The notes under the pieces: model-generated
What the model was told of the DNA's origin: nothing
Seen by the model: only the letters and a program-made list of their open reading frames with translations
Databases searched by the model: none
Source of the DNA: Selaginella moellendorffii
Taxonomy: Eukaryota; Plantae; Lycopodiophyta
Length of the DNA: 64,000 bases
Direction: 5' to 3'
Assembly (NCBI RefSeq): GCF_000143415.4
Contig: NW_003314313.1
Span: forward strand, 390,418-454,417
Made by a program: the position numbers and the translations under genes
Shown: in pieces, positions 51,951-64,000 of the stretch
Layout of the letters: each line of letters begins with the position of its first letter
Position numbering within the stretch: the first letter of the stretch is position 1

Positions 51951-54900
51951 ATGGCTTCTCCGCCTCGCACCTTCGATGTTGTAGTGGTGGGCTCTGGCTA
52001 TGGCGGAGCCATCGCTGCGTGCCGGCTCGCTCAAGCTGGTTTGAGCGTCTGCGTTTTGGAGAAAGGCAAGCGATGGGAGCCTCGGGATTTTCCAACGAAT
52101 GTGTGGCAGCTTCTTTCCACCATGCGCTTCCACACTGGATTCGGCAGCTTTGGAAGGAAGAACTCGTTATACGAGGCGAGCAAAGCTTGAAAGTAAAAAG
52201 ACCTCTCACTCACCTTTGATGTTGTTAATGTTCTCAGGTGTATGTTGATGGCGATTCACTCGCCGTGACAGCGTCTGGGCTTGGAGGCGGATCTCTGGTG
52301 AACGCTGGGGTGATCATGCCGACGCCTCGAAGAGCTCGCAGTGATCCGCGCTGGCCGGAAGAGTGGGACAGAGACTGGGACGAGTTTGAGGCGAAGGCAC
52401 AAGAGATCTTGCAGCCCGAGAGTGTGCCACACGACTTTCCTAAGACACAGATCATGGATAAGCTTGTAGAAGATATCGAAGACATGTCTAGAGTTCCAGT
52501 GAAGCTTACCATGACATTCTCGAGTAAGAAAAGTGTCGCTGGAGCAGCACAGGATGCCTGCGTTGCCTGTGGGAACTGTTTAACAGGATGCTCTTACAAC
52601 GCCAAGAGCTCCACTGACAAGAATTATATCCAGCTCGCTGCACAGGTATGTCGAAGCCAAAAAGTTTAGTTTTTGGTTGAGCAAAAAACAAAACTTTTGC
52701 AGGCAGGAGCTCAAATCTACACCGAGAGAGAAGTCCTGTTTGTAAGCCAAAGTCCAAAAGCTACAAGCAGCCACTTTCAGGCTCCCTTTGGCAAGGCTCG
52801 AAGCAGGAGATGGCGAGTTCATGAAAACTCAGTGGACTACATCTCAGCAGATTACGTCGTGTTATCCGGTAAGAAAAACTTGACACTCTAGAGGTTGCTG
52901 ACTTTCATCTGCCTTCTTCTCTCTCAGCTGGTGTTTTAGGAACGACTGGGATCTTGCTCAGATCAAAAGAGCGAGGCTTGCAACTTTCAGAAAAGCTGGG
53001 GAGTGGAGTCAGTTGCAATGGAAACAACATTGCATTCGTAACAGAAGCCTCTGCACAAACTCAAGTACGCGGACTAGGAAAGGAAAAGTTTCCAAGCACG
53101 CCGCTCCCACTAAGACCAGGCCCATCTATTTCCAGCTCGCACACCTCTTCTCTCGGCTTCACCATTCAGGTAACATTTCGCAATGCATCAAAGCTCTAAC
53201 TTCTACGACCATAGGCTTCAGCAATCCCGAAAGCAAGTTCCTACGTAATCTTGAAAGGAATCCTCATAAACAGGTGGCCAGTCAGCTGGGGAATCATTCA
53301 TGCTCTTTGGGACCAGTTCATGCAGTGGATAACTAGACAGAACATTCAGGAACTTCAACTTAATTTGATAAGCTATGACTCCGGGGATGGACACGTTACC
53401 TTGAACGAGAAATCTGGAAAAATCACGTACCAGGCATCCAGTGACTTGCTCTTCTGCAAAAAACTCGAACGAGTTAAGAAGATTGCTTCTAAACTTGACG
53501 GGAAGCTCTTTCTACCTCGCTTCCGGAGCAACTCGGTGCATCTCCTAGGAGGCTGCAATGTTTCGACGAGCATCACTTCCGGGGTCACGAGTCCGAGTGG
53601 ACAGGTTTACGCTCCACCTGCAAGTAATCAAGCCAACGCTCATAACAGTGAGGAAAGGAGCAACAAGAATGTCCATGCAGGCTTATACATCTGTGATGCA
53701 TCGGTAATTCCCTGTTCGATAGGCGTCAATCCAGTAGGCACTATAGCAATTGTGGCAGAAAAGGTATCAAGCTGCATAGCAAAGGATGCAAAATATTACC
53801 TTTTCTCGCGAAGGCAAAGCTTGAGTTCCTTGGAACATCCTGTCCAGGACGAGCCACTGAAAACCAGCAAAGTTACTGTTGTCAATGAGACACTCGACGG
53901 AAGTTTCGATGGCATACCTTGCACGTTGAAGCTAACAATGCATATAGTTCCGAAAACGACGAACTGCACAACCATTCTCCATGGCCAAGTAGGAGGAAAG
54001 CTGCTCATCCCGTTGCTAGAAAAGGACCCCTTGCATGTCTTGGACGGATACGTCAACCTGTGTTCGCTGAGCGAGAAGTCTCCCTTCACTCAGTTTATGC
54101 GTTACCATCTGCTTCTATCCACGTCTTCAGGCCGCCGGTAAGTGAAGTCCTTCTAGAAATCCAGAAAGTTACGAGCAGACTGGCAGGTTCTTGTTGATGG
54201 CAAAAAAAGAGATGAGGCCCTTCCTCTGCGGTCTCTGGATCTATAAGGAATCGACCACACTTAACGCACAGCTCGTCGATCTTTCAGGCAAGGAGAGTGC
54301 CAACCCTTCAGTACTCCAGGGAACTTTGCACGTCAGTGTCTTCAATCTTCTGAGGTCGTTGATAAGCTTGAAAGGACCAGGGAAATTTTCGTTTCTTAAG
54401 CAGTTGCTATCGAGTCTGCTGCAAACATACTTTTCTGGACGTCCCCGGCGAATTGATCAACCTTCCGAAGTAAATGTCAGATCGGAAGACGAAGTACTCG
54501 ACTATCCTAGTTATGTTCATCATGAGATGCAAACCAGTAAGTGCAAAAAACAGGTGACGCTACTTCAAGCGGTCCTAATGCACAGTACGATGTTGCTTGC
54601 AGAAGATGGAGCAAAAGTTACCTGTAAACAATGGCCACTTTCCATGGACCAGAAGAAAGGACTGGTGCTGCTTTTGAATGGCTACTCCACTGAAAGCTTC
54701 TGCCTACCAACCGAGCCACAAGATATGGTCCGATCGCTTCTGCAAAATGGATATGAGGTATGGCTGTTGCAGACAAGAGTTCACCCATCTCACCCCGGCC
54801 AAGAAAAGTTTGATCTTGATGACATTGCGAAGTTTGACATTCCAGCAGGTAAGCTGCATCACATACACGCAAAGTAGAGTCAGCTAACGAGTTTTGCAGC

Positions 54901-55849
54901 GTTTGAAAGAATGGAACAATCAAAAAATGGCCCAGCTTGTGCTCACGTCATTGCGCATTGCATCGGCGGACTACTGATTCATATGGCCATAATGGGAGGA
55001 CACTTACCTGTCTCTCGTGTTGCTTCACTGGTCTGCACAAACTCGTCAATGTTTTTCAGCCTGGTTCCATCGGCATTGGTGAAAATGGCACTTCCTCTGA
55101 TACCTGTAAGTTTTAAGAATCAGTGCACGAGCTAACAAAGATTTGCGCAGATATCTATGAAAATTCTGGGAGATCATAAAACACTTCCAATCACCAATCA
55201 GAAGCGTGAACAAAAACTACCAACAAGACACAAACTTATCCGAGCAATAGCTCGAGCGATACCACGAACGGAGTGCTGCGTGAGCGACGAATGCAGCATT
55301 TTCTCAGGCATATTTGGCAACACATTCTGGCACGAGAACGTAAGAAAAGAAATGCACGACTGGCTTGTGAGCCAAGCGGTACCAGTTCTACCACTGCAAG
55401 CTTTCCCACATCTAAGAAAGATCGCGAGAGCTGGCCATATAGTAGATGCCAGGGGACAAGAAACTTACATGACAAAACCGGAGAGGCTCGCGCTTCCCAC
55501 GACTTACATCTCCGGCGGCAAACCAATCCTGGGAACACCACAAATGTCTGAGCAAGCGCACGAATTCATGAAGAAACACCATCCCACCTTCGATCACGCT
55601 CGCTTCGTGATCACGAGCTATGGCCATTCGGATCTATGGATCGGGGAGAGCAGCCACACCGACATTTTCCCGCTGATCATCGAGCGCCTTCGATCCGTGG
55701 AGAAAGATCCAGCTCCGGAGCGGCGGGAAGCAAACAGGAGGAGAAATCTACCTCTGCCATGGGCGATCGCTCCAGCCCGTGCGAGAATACTTCCTGTGGG
55801 AGTGGCATTAGGGTTTCTCATGTTATGCTTTGCTTTTAAAAGTTTCTAG
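51951..55849 (+). CDS. GMC oxidoreductase / alpha-beta hydrolase fusion protein, copy 4 (most divergent)
   Basis: FDVVVVGSGYGG, CVACGNCLTGC, SVHLLGG, GVNP, AHCIGG, YGHSDLWIGE, hydrophobic C-tail. Intron 1 needs a GC donor at 52176. Alternative upstream ATG at 51924. Confidence 0.88.
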
Positions 55850-55931
55850 TTTCCCTCCCCGCCATAGCGTAGGGTTTCTCTCTTGGCGCCAATCGTCCAG
55901 CTTCAATCGGCTCCAACCGATCGAAATTTCA

Positions 55932-58900
55932 ATGGCCGAGCTCGCAGAACGGCGATTGTGCGAGGAGCCGAATCCGCGCAGGTAACGAAGATGGATTTCC
56001 CATCAATGCAGCTGAAAAATCTTGTTTCTTAGCTATCAAACATTTCTATTCGAGAAAACGCTGGCAATGAACACGATCGTGTGCCTGGAAACTGGGTGTG
56101 GCAAAACGATGATCGCCGTGCTTCTCATTCGCTCGCTTTCTCACTTATTTCGCAAGCCAGAGAAAGGGATTTGCGTGTTTTTGGCCCCAACAGTGAGCCT
56201 TTGCGAGCAGGTTAGCATCTTGCTTGCTATCGTGCTAGTATTTTGGACTTTTTATATGGTTGGCAGCAAGCCGAGGTCATTGAGCGCTACACTGACCTTT
56301 ACGTTGGTACTTACGTCGGTGGAACTTCCACCATGGATGTTCATTGGTGGACAACGCATCTTCAAAAGCAAGAGGTTCTTTCTTTCTATTAACTTTGGCT
56401 TTACTCTTCTTGCGTGGAACCTACAGGTTTTTGTCATGACTCCTGCGATTCTGCTGGACAACCTTCGCCATCGATTTTTTAATCCGGATCATGTTGAGCT
56501 GCTAATTTTTGACGAATGTCATCACTGTGCCAAGGGGCATCCTTATGCGAATATCATGAGCGTAAGTGCTTTCTTTTGCTTCGTTTTCTGATAGTGTTAC
56601 TGCATTCACAGGAGTTTTATCACAAGCCTGAAGCTAAGTGTCCGAGAATATTGGGCATGACGGCGTCACCCATTGTTGGAAAAGGTATGAGGATGTTGTG
56701 TGCATGAACCTCACCTGCATTTACAGGCAAGACGTGGAGCGGTCCACAAGCTTTCAAAGAAAGTTTTGATTGCCTTGAAACTATGCTACGCTCAAAGGTT
56801 GTTGTCTATCTAAAGTCTCATTTGATGGACCCGCTGGTCTTTTGTCACAGATTATCACTTTCGCAGATAAAGAGCTAACTAGCTTTTTACCGTCATCTGA
56901 TATGAAAATCAAGGAGCACTTGCCAGACACGAAAGGCAAGCATCGTACAACGGACATCGACAATCGTTTCGAGGTCAACTGAAAGAATTAGCTTGTTATT
57001 GTTTAACACATGTTGCACATTTCAGAACTTAACCAGAGAATTTCGACTTCCAGAAGAAAGGCAAGCTGTAAATAAGATATACAACACTCTGAACTACTGT
57101 CTCTTTGAGTTGGGCCTCTTCTCTGCAAGAAAGGTTGGGCTAAACAATTTGGGAACCTACGAAATCTCGTATTACAGGCGGCAGAGATTATGCTCGCTGG
57201 CTGTGACGGAAAAGGACGTGATGCGGAAGCCGCATTCTTGAGGCGTGTGCTAAACATTCTGGAAGAGAAAGCGATTTTGGACGGTAACATATAGTAAGTT
57301 TTAACTGACAAGTGCGTTCTTGGACAGGTACTGCAGATGATCAAATCCGTGCCATTTCTTCTAAAGTCCAACTTTTACTGGATGTGCTTGATGAGTACAA
57401 GTGAGACATAATTTTCCCCAATCACACTACTAACTGTTACGGCTTTGTTATGCAGGTCTGCCCAAGATCTTCGTTGTATTGTGTTTGTTGAGAGAGTGAT
57501 TGCAGCCAAGGTTTTGACTCTGCTTTTGAACTCTCGTCCCTACGTTAGAGCACAGTGTGTAGCAAGTCACAGAAATAAGTTGAAGGGCTTAACTCTGGCA
57601 ACTCAGAGAAACTCATTGGAAGACTTTCGTGCTGGAAAGGTGAAAATCGAGTTTGTCTGATTTCTCTGATTTCTCTTATGCAACAATGCTATATAACTGT
57701 TCATTACAGGCTAATGTCATTGTGGCGACTAATGTTGCTGAAGAAGGCCTTGATATTCAAAGCTGTTCTCTTGTTATACGATTCAACATGCCTAAAACCG
57801 AGCGTAGCAGTATTCAGTCAAGGGGCCGTGCACGTAAACAAGGATCTGACTACGTTATTCTGATGGAATCGTGAGCCTACTTTCTTTCAATTCCGGTTAT
57901 CTCACCTGTTTTCCTCCAGTGGGAACCTCAACGAGGAAAAACTCTTACATGCAATACTAGAAGGGGAAAAGTTGATGCATGAGCAGCTACATACTGTTCA
58001 GGATACCTATGACCATCAACTTTTTTATCGCCAGAAAGATGCCTATCATGTTGAGTCCACGGGTGCGGTCGTGAACATCGATTCAAGTGTTTCGTTACTC
58101 CACCAATACTGCTCGACACTTGGGTAACTCTTTTATATACCGTTTCATTCTCGTTTAAGTGTAGCATTTATAGGAATGACGCACATCCGAATTTTCAGTT
58201 CTACAAGGGTGAAGACGGGGGAACAACTTGTAACGTGACACTTCCTGATATCTGCACCGTCAAATACATCAAAGGCAAAAGATGTGCAACGGAGGAAATC
58301 GCAAGAAAGGCTGCATGCCTGGAAGCCTGTCGAAAGCTACACATGGCTGGGGCACTATCGGATAATTTGCGTCCAGTTCGGGCTACTAATATCTCCAAAA
58401 GTGTCTCAATTACCTCAGGTGTGTTCAATCTCCTATCATTTTCTTAATGTAATCACGTTATATCACATTCAGATGACATGGATATGTACGAGACGATCAT
58501 ACCTGATGTTTTACAAGGAAAGTTGGGTGTGTTTTCTGAGAATCTGACCTTCCACACCTACGTGCTTTCCTTTAGCTCCAGTGACGACAGGTTATCCTAT
58601 CGTAATTTTGCACTGTTCTTGTCATCAAAGCTAGATGCCAGCGTCGAAGTTGAACGCTTCGAACTGAATTTGGGACGTGGAAGAAATGTTGTGGTTCAGC
58701 TAGGCTCCGTGCAAAATATCATCTTAGACAGTGACAACGTAAGTTTTGTCGCTTCTGTGTATTATGTTTTGACTTATGCTCCGATTTTCAAGATTGCTGC
58801 CGTAAATCGGTTCTACGAAATAGTTTTTCCTATCCTATGGCAACGACGACTACCTCCAATCCATCTCCAGCAATACTTACTTCTGCCACTGCTTCCTGGC

Positions 58901-61676
58901 AAGATAGATGTAGACTGGAAATGCGTTCAGTCTCTCACACCTCCATCAATAGTCTCAGACAACGATGACAAAAGTGTTTTACATTTTGCAAACTATTCGC
59001 TGCGAGCTACAGATATCAAAGGAGGACTGATTCTTACAAAGCATACCAATGAACCAGTTTTTTATTCTCTTTTGGGTGTTCTTAAGGAAACAACCGCGCA
59101 AAGCCCGTTTTCCAATCCCAAATATATTACTTATTCCGACTACTTCTTGAAAAGGTAAGATTTGTGAGTTCCTTCTTCGTTTCTGATTGTGAGGAGCGAC
59201 ATACAGGCATAATATGAAACTGCAATATCCAGCCCAACCCCTTCTGAAAGTGAAGATGCTTGGCGATGTGCAAAACTATTTACTGCCACGTTCAACAGAC
59301 ATGCCTGGCAGGTCGCATAGGAAATCGACTATTGAGCTGCCGCCCGAGCTTTGCATTCTCTTAGAACCAGAACTTGACTACTCCGTTGTGGCGTCCGTAA
59401 TGGTGCTTCCTTCCGTTATCTACCGGCTAGAATGTCTAAGTTCTGCTGCACAGCTGACGAAACTCGTGGGCATTCACATGTCTACAACCATGGTAAAATG
59501 CTGTTCGCGTTCATATTTTTATTGTGTTCATTTTTCTTTTTCCCCTGCAGATGTTGATGGCACTGACTTCTGCAAGCTGTAATGAAGGCTTTTCTCTCGA
59601 GAGACTCGAGTTTTTAGGCGATTCATTCCTCAAATTTGCACTGAGCTTGCACTTGGTCTCTGAATATCCGGAACAACAAGAAGGCTTTCTTTCACAAAAG
59701 CGTCAAGAGCAGATCTCTAACAGCAATTTGCACAGGCTTGGTGTACAAAGAGGATTGGTGGTAAGCATGCAATAATATGTTTCTAGTCTCTTAAACAGAA
59801 CTTACAGACGTACATGAGAGACGGGCAGTTTGAGCCGAAGGATTGGATTGCACCGGTCCCTTGCTCTTCTTTGGCCAGTCACGAAAAGCTTTTAGGACGG
59901 AAGTTATGTGACAAAGGTCATCGTTGGCTGCGAAGAAAATCGGTTGCAGATGTAATGGAGGCCATCATCGGTGCATACATTACTGAAAACTCCGCTGATG
60001 CTGCCTATCACTTCATGACCTGGGCAGGATTTAAGCTGGTTGACAGGTGTTTAGTACCTGTGTTCTCATGCCAAGCTTCTGAAGTTGACGATATCTGCAA
60101 TCTGGAAAAGATAATCGGCTATACCTTTCGGAACAAATGCTTCCTTGTTGAAGCGTTCACTCATGCTTCTTCCAGCGTTCGATCGTATCAGGTAAACAAG
60201 TAACTTTTGGAGCTGGACTAACACTGCTTAGTTGTCAGCGGCTGGAGTATTTAGGCGATGCTGTCCTGGATTACCTCATTGTTCTTCATCTTTATGCGAG
60301 CTATCCCAGCTTGCAACCGGGACTTCTCAATGATCTCAAGGTTGCTACAGTGAACAATGTTTGGTTCGCTTTCGTTGCTGTGCGCCACAACTTTCACAAG
60401 TATCTGCGTCACAAGCTTAAAGAGATTGACGAGTATCTTCTGAACAAAAATGTGCAATGTTTCGAGGATTGGCAGCTTGAGCAACCGCCAAAGGTCAGTC
60501 TCTGAGCTTTAAAAGTTTGTCCTCCTCTTGACGCTTGTCTCTTTTTCTTTTGCAGTGTCTCAGTGATTTAGTGGAATCTCTCGCGGGAGCTTTGTTATTT
60601 GATACGGGTGGTAATCTGGAACTAGTGTGGAGCGTATTGGAGCCCCTTCTGCGCCCGGTTGCCAGTCCCGAGACCTTGGCACTTCACCCAGTCCGAGAGC
60701 TTCAGGAGCTATGCCAGCTGAAAGAAATTTCAGCTCCAAGCTACAACGTTGGAACTTGCTCGGTGACATTGGCAGACGGAGGCATAGTCACAGGACAAGG
60801 CTCCGGAGGAGCAAACAAAAAGCTTCTCAAGAACCAGTCTTCTGCCGATGCCTTGGGAAAACTGAAGGTAATAACAAGTTATGCTCCGAAAACGTTACAG
60901 TTTTTTGTTTATATTCAGGCTTTGGGATTTCAACACCCACGGCACGAACTCCTTCATGCTATTCGGGCCGAGACACACATAGAGGCCTCAACGGTCATCA
61001 TAAACAACGGTTTGAACTTCAGTGTCCCCGTCGTTACACAGTGCATGGAATCGGAGCTTGCATCCTTCGTACCACCAATGTCGAGCTCGAGTTCTTCTAC
61101 AGAATCGGATCTATTTCGGCAGCAAAGTCTTCCAGACCATGACTTGCCTTCCGATTTAGAACTTGTCGACACTGAACACGAGTCAGATGTTCTAGCAGCA
61201 TCACTTGCGGAAGAGTTTGGTCTCGACGATGATCTCCTCGAGAAGCTTTGCAGTGCTACAGCTTCGTCTACTGTTCCTCCTAGACACGGTAAAAGCTATT
61301 TCATGTTTCTATCCTTACGATTTGTGTTTTCTTTCCAGAAGGTGGTGGCAGTGATTCTTTTGTTGCTGGAGCTCCACGAGCAGAGCTTCAAATTCTCTGC
61401 CAAAAGAGACGGTGGTCGGATCCCGAGTACATTATTTGCGAGGAGAGTGGTCCTCCGCACAAGAAACAGTAAGAAAAGAAAAGAAAAGAATGAAACTCCT
61501 AATCCTGCTGATTGTTGTTTTTTTTTTCATCTTGTAGCTTTGCTTTGGCTGTGACAATCAGTCTTCCAATCGATGGACCCGTGACATTTTATGGAGAGCC
61601 CCAGCGAGACATGAAGCGGGCCAAAGACTCGGCAGCCAACGCCGCCATCGCTTATTTGAAAAAGCTCCTTTCATGA
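55932..61676 (+). CDS. DCL: Dicer-like endoribonuclease (helicase, DUF283, PAZ, 2x RNase III, 2x dsRBD), DCL2/DCL4-like
   Basis: LETGCGKT, IFDECHH, LGMTASP, VAEEGLDI, QSRGRAR, STGAVVNIDSSVSLLHQYC (DUF283), IELPPELC (PAZ), ERLEFLGDSFLK, QRLEYLGDAVLD, DLVESLAGA, HPVRELQELCQ, and a second dsRBD PRAELQILCQ...ESGPPHKK...AKDSAANAAIAYL. Confidence 0.95.
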
Positions 61677-63491
61677 TTTCTTGCGGCATCATCCAGTGGC
61701 TACAAGGTGAGACGAAAATACTTCTAGATGACTATATGGCTGATTTTCTCTTCTTCTTTCTCCCTTGGAGTTGGATGTGGCCTCGTTTGATACAATCTAG
61801 TGATCACGTCCTCCGGTAAGCTAATCTTTCATCGCAATGAGTTTAATGAGTTACGTTCTTGCAAAGACGAAGGCGCCACTGCTGTTGCTACAAATCTTCT
61901 TCCCCTGCCTCCGGAGTTCTTGGATTTTCTTCTCGGGCAGATTGTGGATCCGCGCGTCTACCACGCGGCTCAAACGCTGCGTTACTTCAGGTACTAGAAC
62001 TCGGGATTCCTTTTCTTTGTTTAATTGGATTGCCAGAGTAAAGCCGCGGGGAGTTAGCGAAAGAACTTGGGATCAAAATCGAGCCTGTTTCTTGGCTATG
62101 TTTCCAGTGTTTTCACTGGCATCGTCCAGGGCCTACAAGTCTGGAAAGGTGAGAAAATATGAAAAATAAAATAAAAAAATCGAGAACTCTTGTTTGTTTC
62201 ATTTTCGACAGATTTACGGTATGGATGCGGCCTCCGGGGCTGCTGTTGCAGCACCTGATATACAATCCGGTGATCACGTGCGCAGCTCCTGGTAAGCGAA
62301 GCTTTCATTGCAGTTTATGGGAGTTCTTTCAACTTGAGGTTTTGGTGTGGGGGCTGGAATACTAACAGGAGTTGATATTTCTCGCCATCGCCTAGCAGCC
62401 TGTCGGACCATGCTCCAAAAGTATGAGTTCGGTAGCCGAGCGAGGCTTTTCCTTTTCCGACGGGACGACGTTCTCCATCCTGCCAGCAAAAAAAGCACTG
62501 CAATCCAGTGTCCTTGAGAGACAACCACGTACGTATTCGCTCCTGTTCTTTCTTACAAGTGAAACTTTGTGCTTGCGTCTTCAGATCAGTCCTGTTCTTA
62601 TCTCTTGAAGGGAGATTGGAGACCGCCTAAAGCTGTCTCTCAAGAAAAGGCGAAGGCGGCAGTGGCTCTGGGATTGTAGGAAGAGAATTGCGGAGTTTCC
62701 TTGCACCAGGCACGGCCGATGCCGCTCTTGTCGATGGCTACAGGTGAGTTCTTAAGCAGTTTCTTCTTGCAACGCATCCTTCCTGATGCGGGTTAAGCTA
62801 CACACTTCTTTTGTTTCGTTTCTCTTGTGATTTGAGGGCTATATGTTGCAGAGGTGAGACAGATCAAATCTGCCATGTCCTGGCCATGCACAATGACCGG
62901 CTTGCTTGCGCGTTTCCAACACCAAACGCCAGTTTGTCGCTAAAATCACCAAGGAACGAATGCCATACGAGCAAATCTTTATGATCAGAATCTCGCACTT
63001 CTCTACCTTCGCGAGTGTACAGTGCCCCTATGTCCAAAATGGACAGTAAAGCCCGAGCACACTCTTCAAGAAAGACGAAAATTACGCGTATGGTTGTAAG
63101 ATCCGCTGCTAATACTAAGGTCAGCTTTGATAATTGTCGTTTCACAATGTCAGGGTGGTGTCGTGTGTTCTCGTCGTTTGCATTTTCACGAGCTTTCCGG
63201 TCGATCTAGGAGACACCTTACAGCGCTCTACATTCCCAACCATAGGCGGGACAAGTTTTAGGAGCCTTGATCGTCCTCGACACATACGAACCCACTATCT
63301 GATTCGGCAATCTCGAGCCCATTGTGATCACTGCTGAGGGACTAACCATCAAAGCGCGTACCTGTGACGAGTTGACGAGCTTATCTCTTGGATAGATGCT
63401 CTCTCATGAATTTAATAAGGAAAAGATGATAACGGTATCATGGATGTTTCATACGCAGCTTCGATCTGTCAGAATCTACGACATTAGGGTC

Positions 63492-64000
63492 CTAGGGTTT
63501 CACTGTTTCGTCCAGCTTCAATCGGCTCAGATCAATCGACTCAAGCTCCAAACGTAGCCGAATCTGCGCAGGTAACGAAGATCGATTTTCTATCATTAAT
63601 GTAGCTGGAAAATCTTAGCTATCAGACATTTCTATTCGAGAAAATTGTGTGACTGGAAGCTTGTCGAAAGCTACACACGACTGGGTTTCTATCAGATAAA
63701 TTACATCCAGTTCCTCCTACTAGGATCTCCAATACTGCCTCAATGACTTCAGGTGTGTTGAATCCACTAACGTTTTCTTGAAGTAATCACACTATATTAG
63801 ATTCAGATGACATGGATATGTATGAGACGATCATACCTGATGTTTTCCAAGGACAGTTGGGTGTGTTTTCTGAAAATCTGACCTTCCACACCTACGTGCT
63901 TTCCTTTAGCTCCAGTGACGACAGGTTCTCCTATCGTAACTTTGCGCTGTTCTTGTCATCAAAGCTGGATGCCTCCCTCGAAAATGAAACCTTCGAACTG
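63492..64000 (+). pseudogene. Second Dicer-like copy with the helicase region deleted; continues beyond the window
   Basis: 63492-63645 matches 55870-56058 (original ATG lost), then jumps to sequence homologous to 58316 onward (MDMYETIIPDVFQGQLGVFSENLTFHTY...). Confidence 0.85.

Noticed and set aside
13643-61676. Idea that RBOH, ARD, UMAMIT, GMC genes and DCL form one functional defence or biosynthetic cluster
   Set aside because: No shared pathway logic or regulatory evidence; proximity is expected in a compact genome. Co-expression data would be needed.
61700-63400. Short ORFs and splice-like signals downstream of DCL
   Set aside because: Could not assemble a coherent gene; may be 3' UTR introns or a remnant.

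Overview
Eukaryotic land-plant genomic DNA. The many ~45-70 nt GT-AG introns and very short intergenic spacers suggest a compact genome such as the lycophyte Selaginella (inference). 1-13.6 kb is decayed: Ty3/gypsy RT-RNaseH remnants, a GC-rich microsatellite array, interstitial TTTAGGG repeats, a long imperfect inverted repeat, one intact secreted knottin-like peptide gene, and fragments of LRR, gamma-adaptin and prolyl 4-hydroxylase genes. 13.6-31 kb is gene-dense: M3A oligopeptidase, PP2C, RBOH, an intronless UMAMIT/WAT1-like transporter, ARD and a LysM membrane protein. The ~7.8 kb UMAMIT-ARD-LysM block is followed by a degraded, rearranged tandem copy that contains an assembly gap. 37.7-55.8 kb holds four tandem, apparently intact genes for a cholesterol-oxidase-like GMC flavoprotein fused to a beta-rich middle domain, a Cys-nucleophile alpha/beta hydrolase and a C-terminal membrane anchor; this is the best candidate for an uncharacterised enzymatic system. 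It is followed by a complete Dicer-like gene with DCL2/DCL4-type motifs and the start of a second copy whose helicase region is deleted. Exon boundaries and alignments were read by eye and are approximate.
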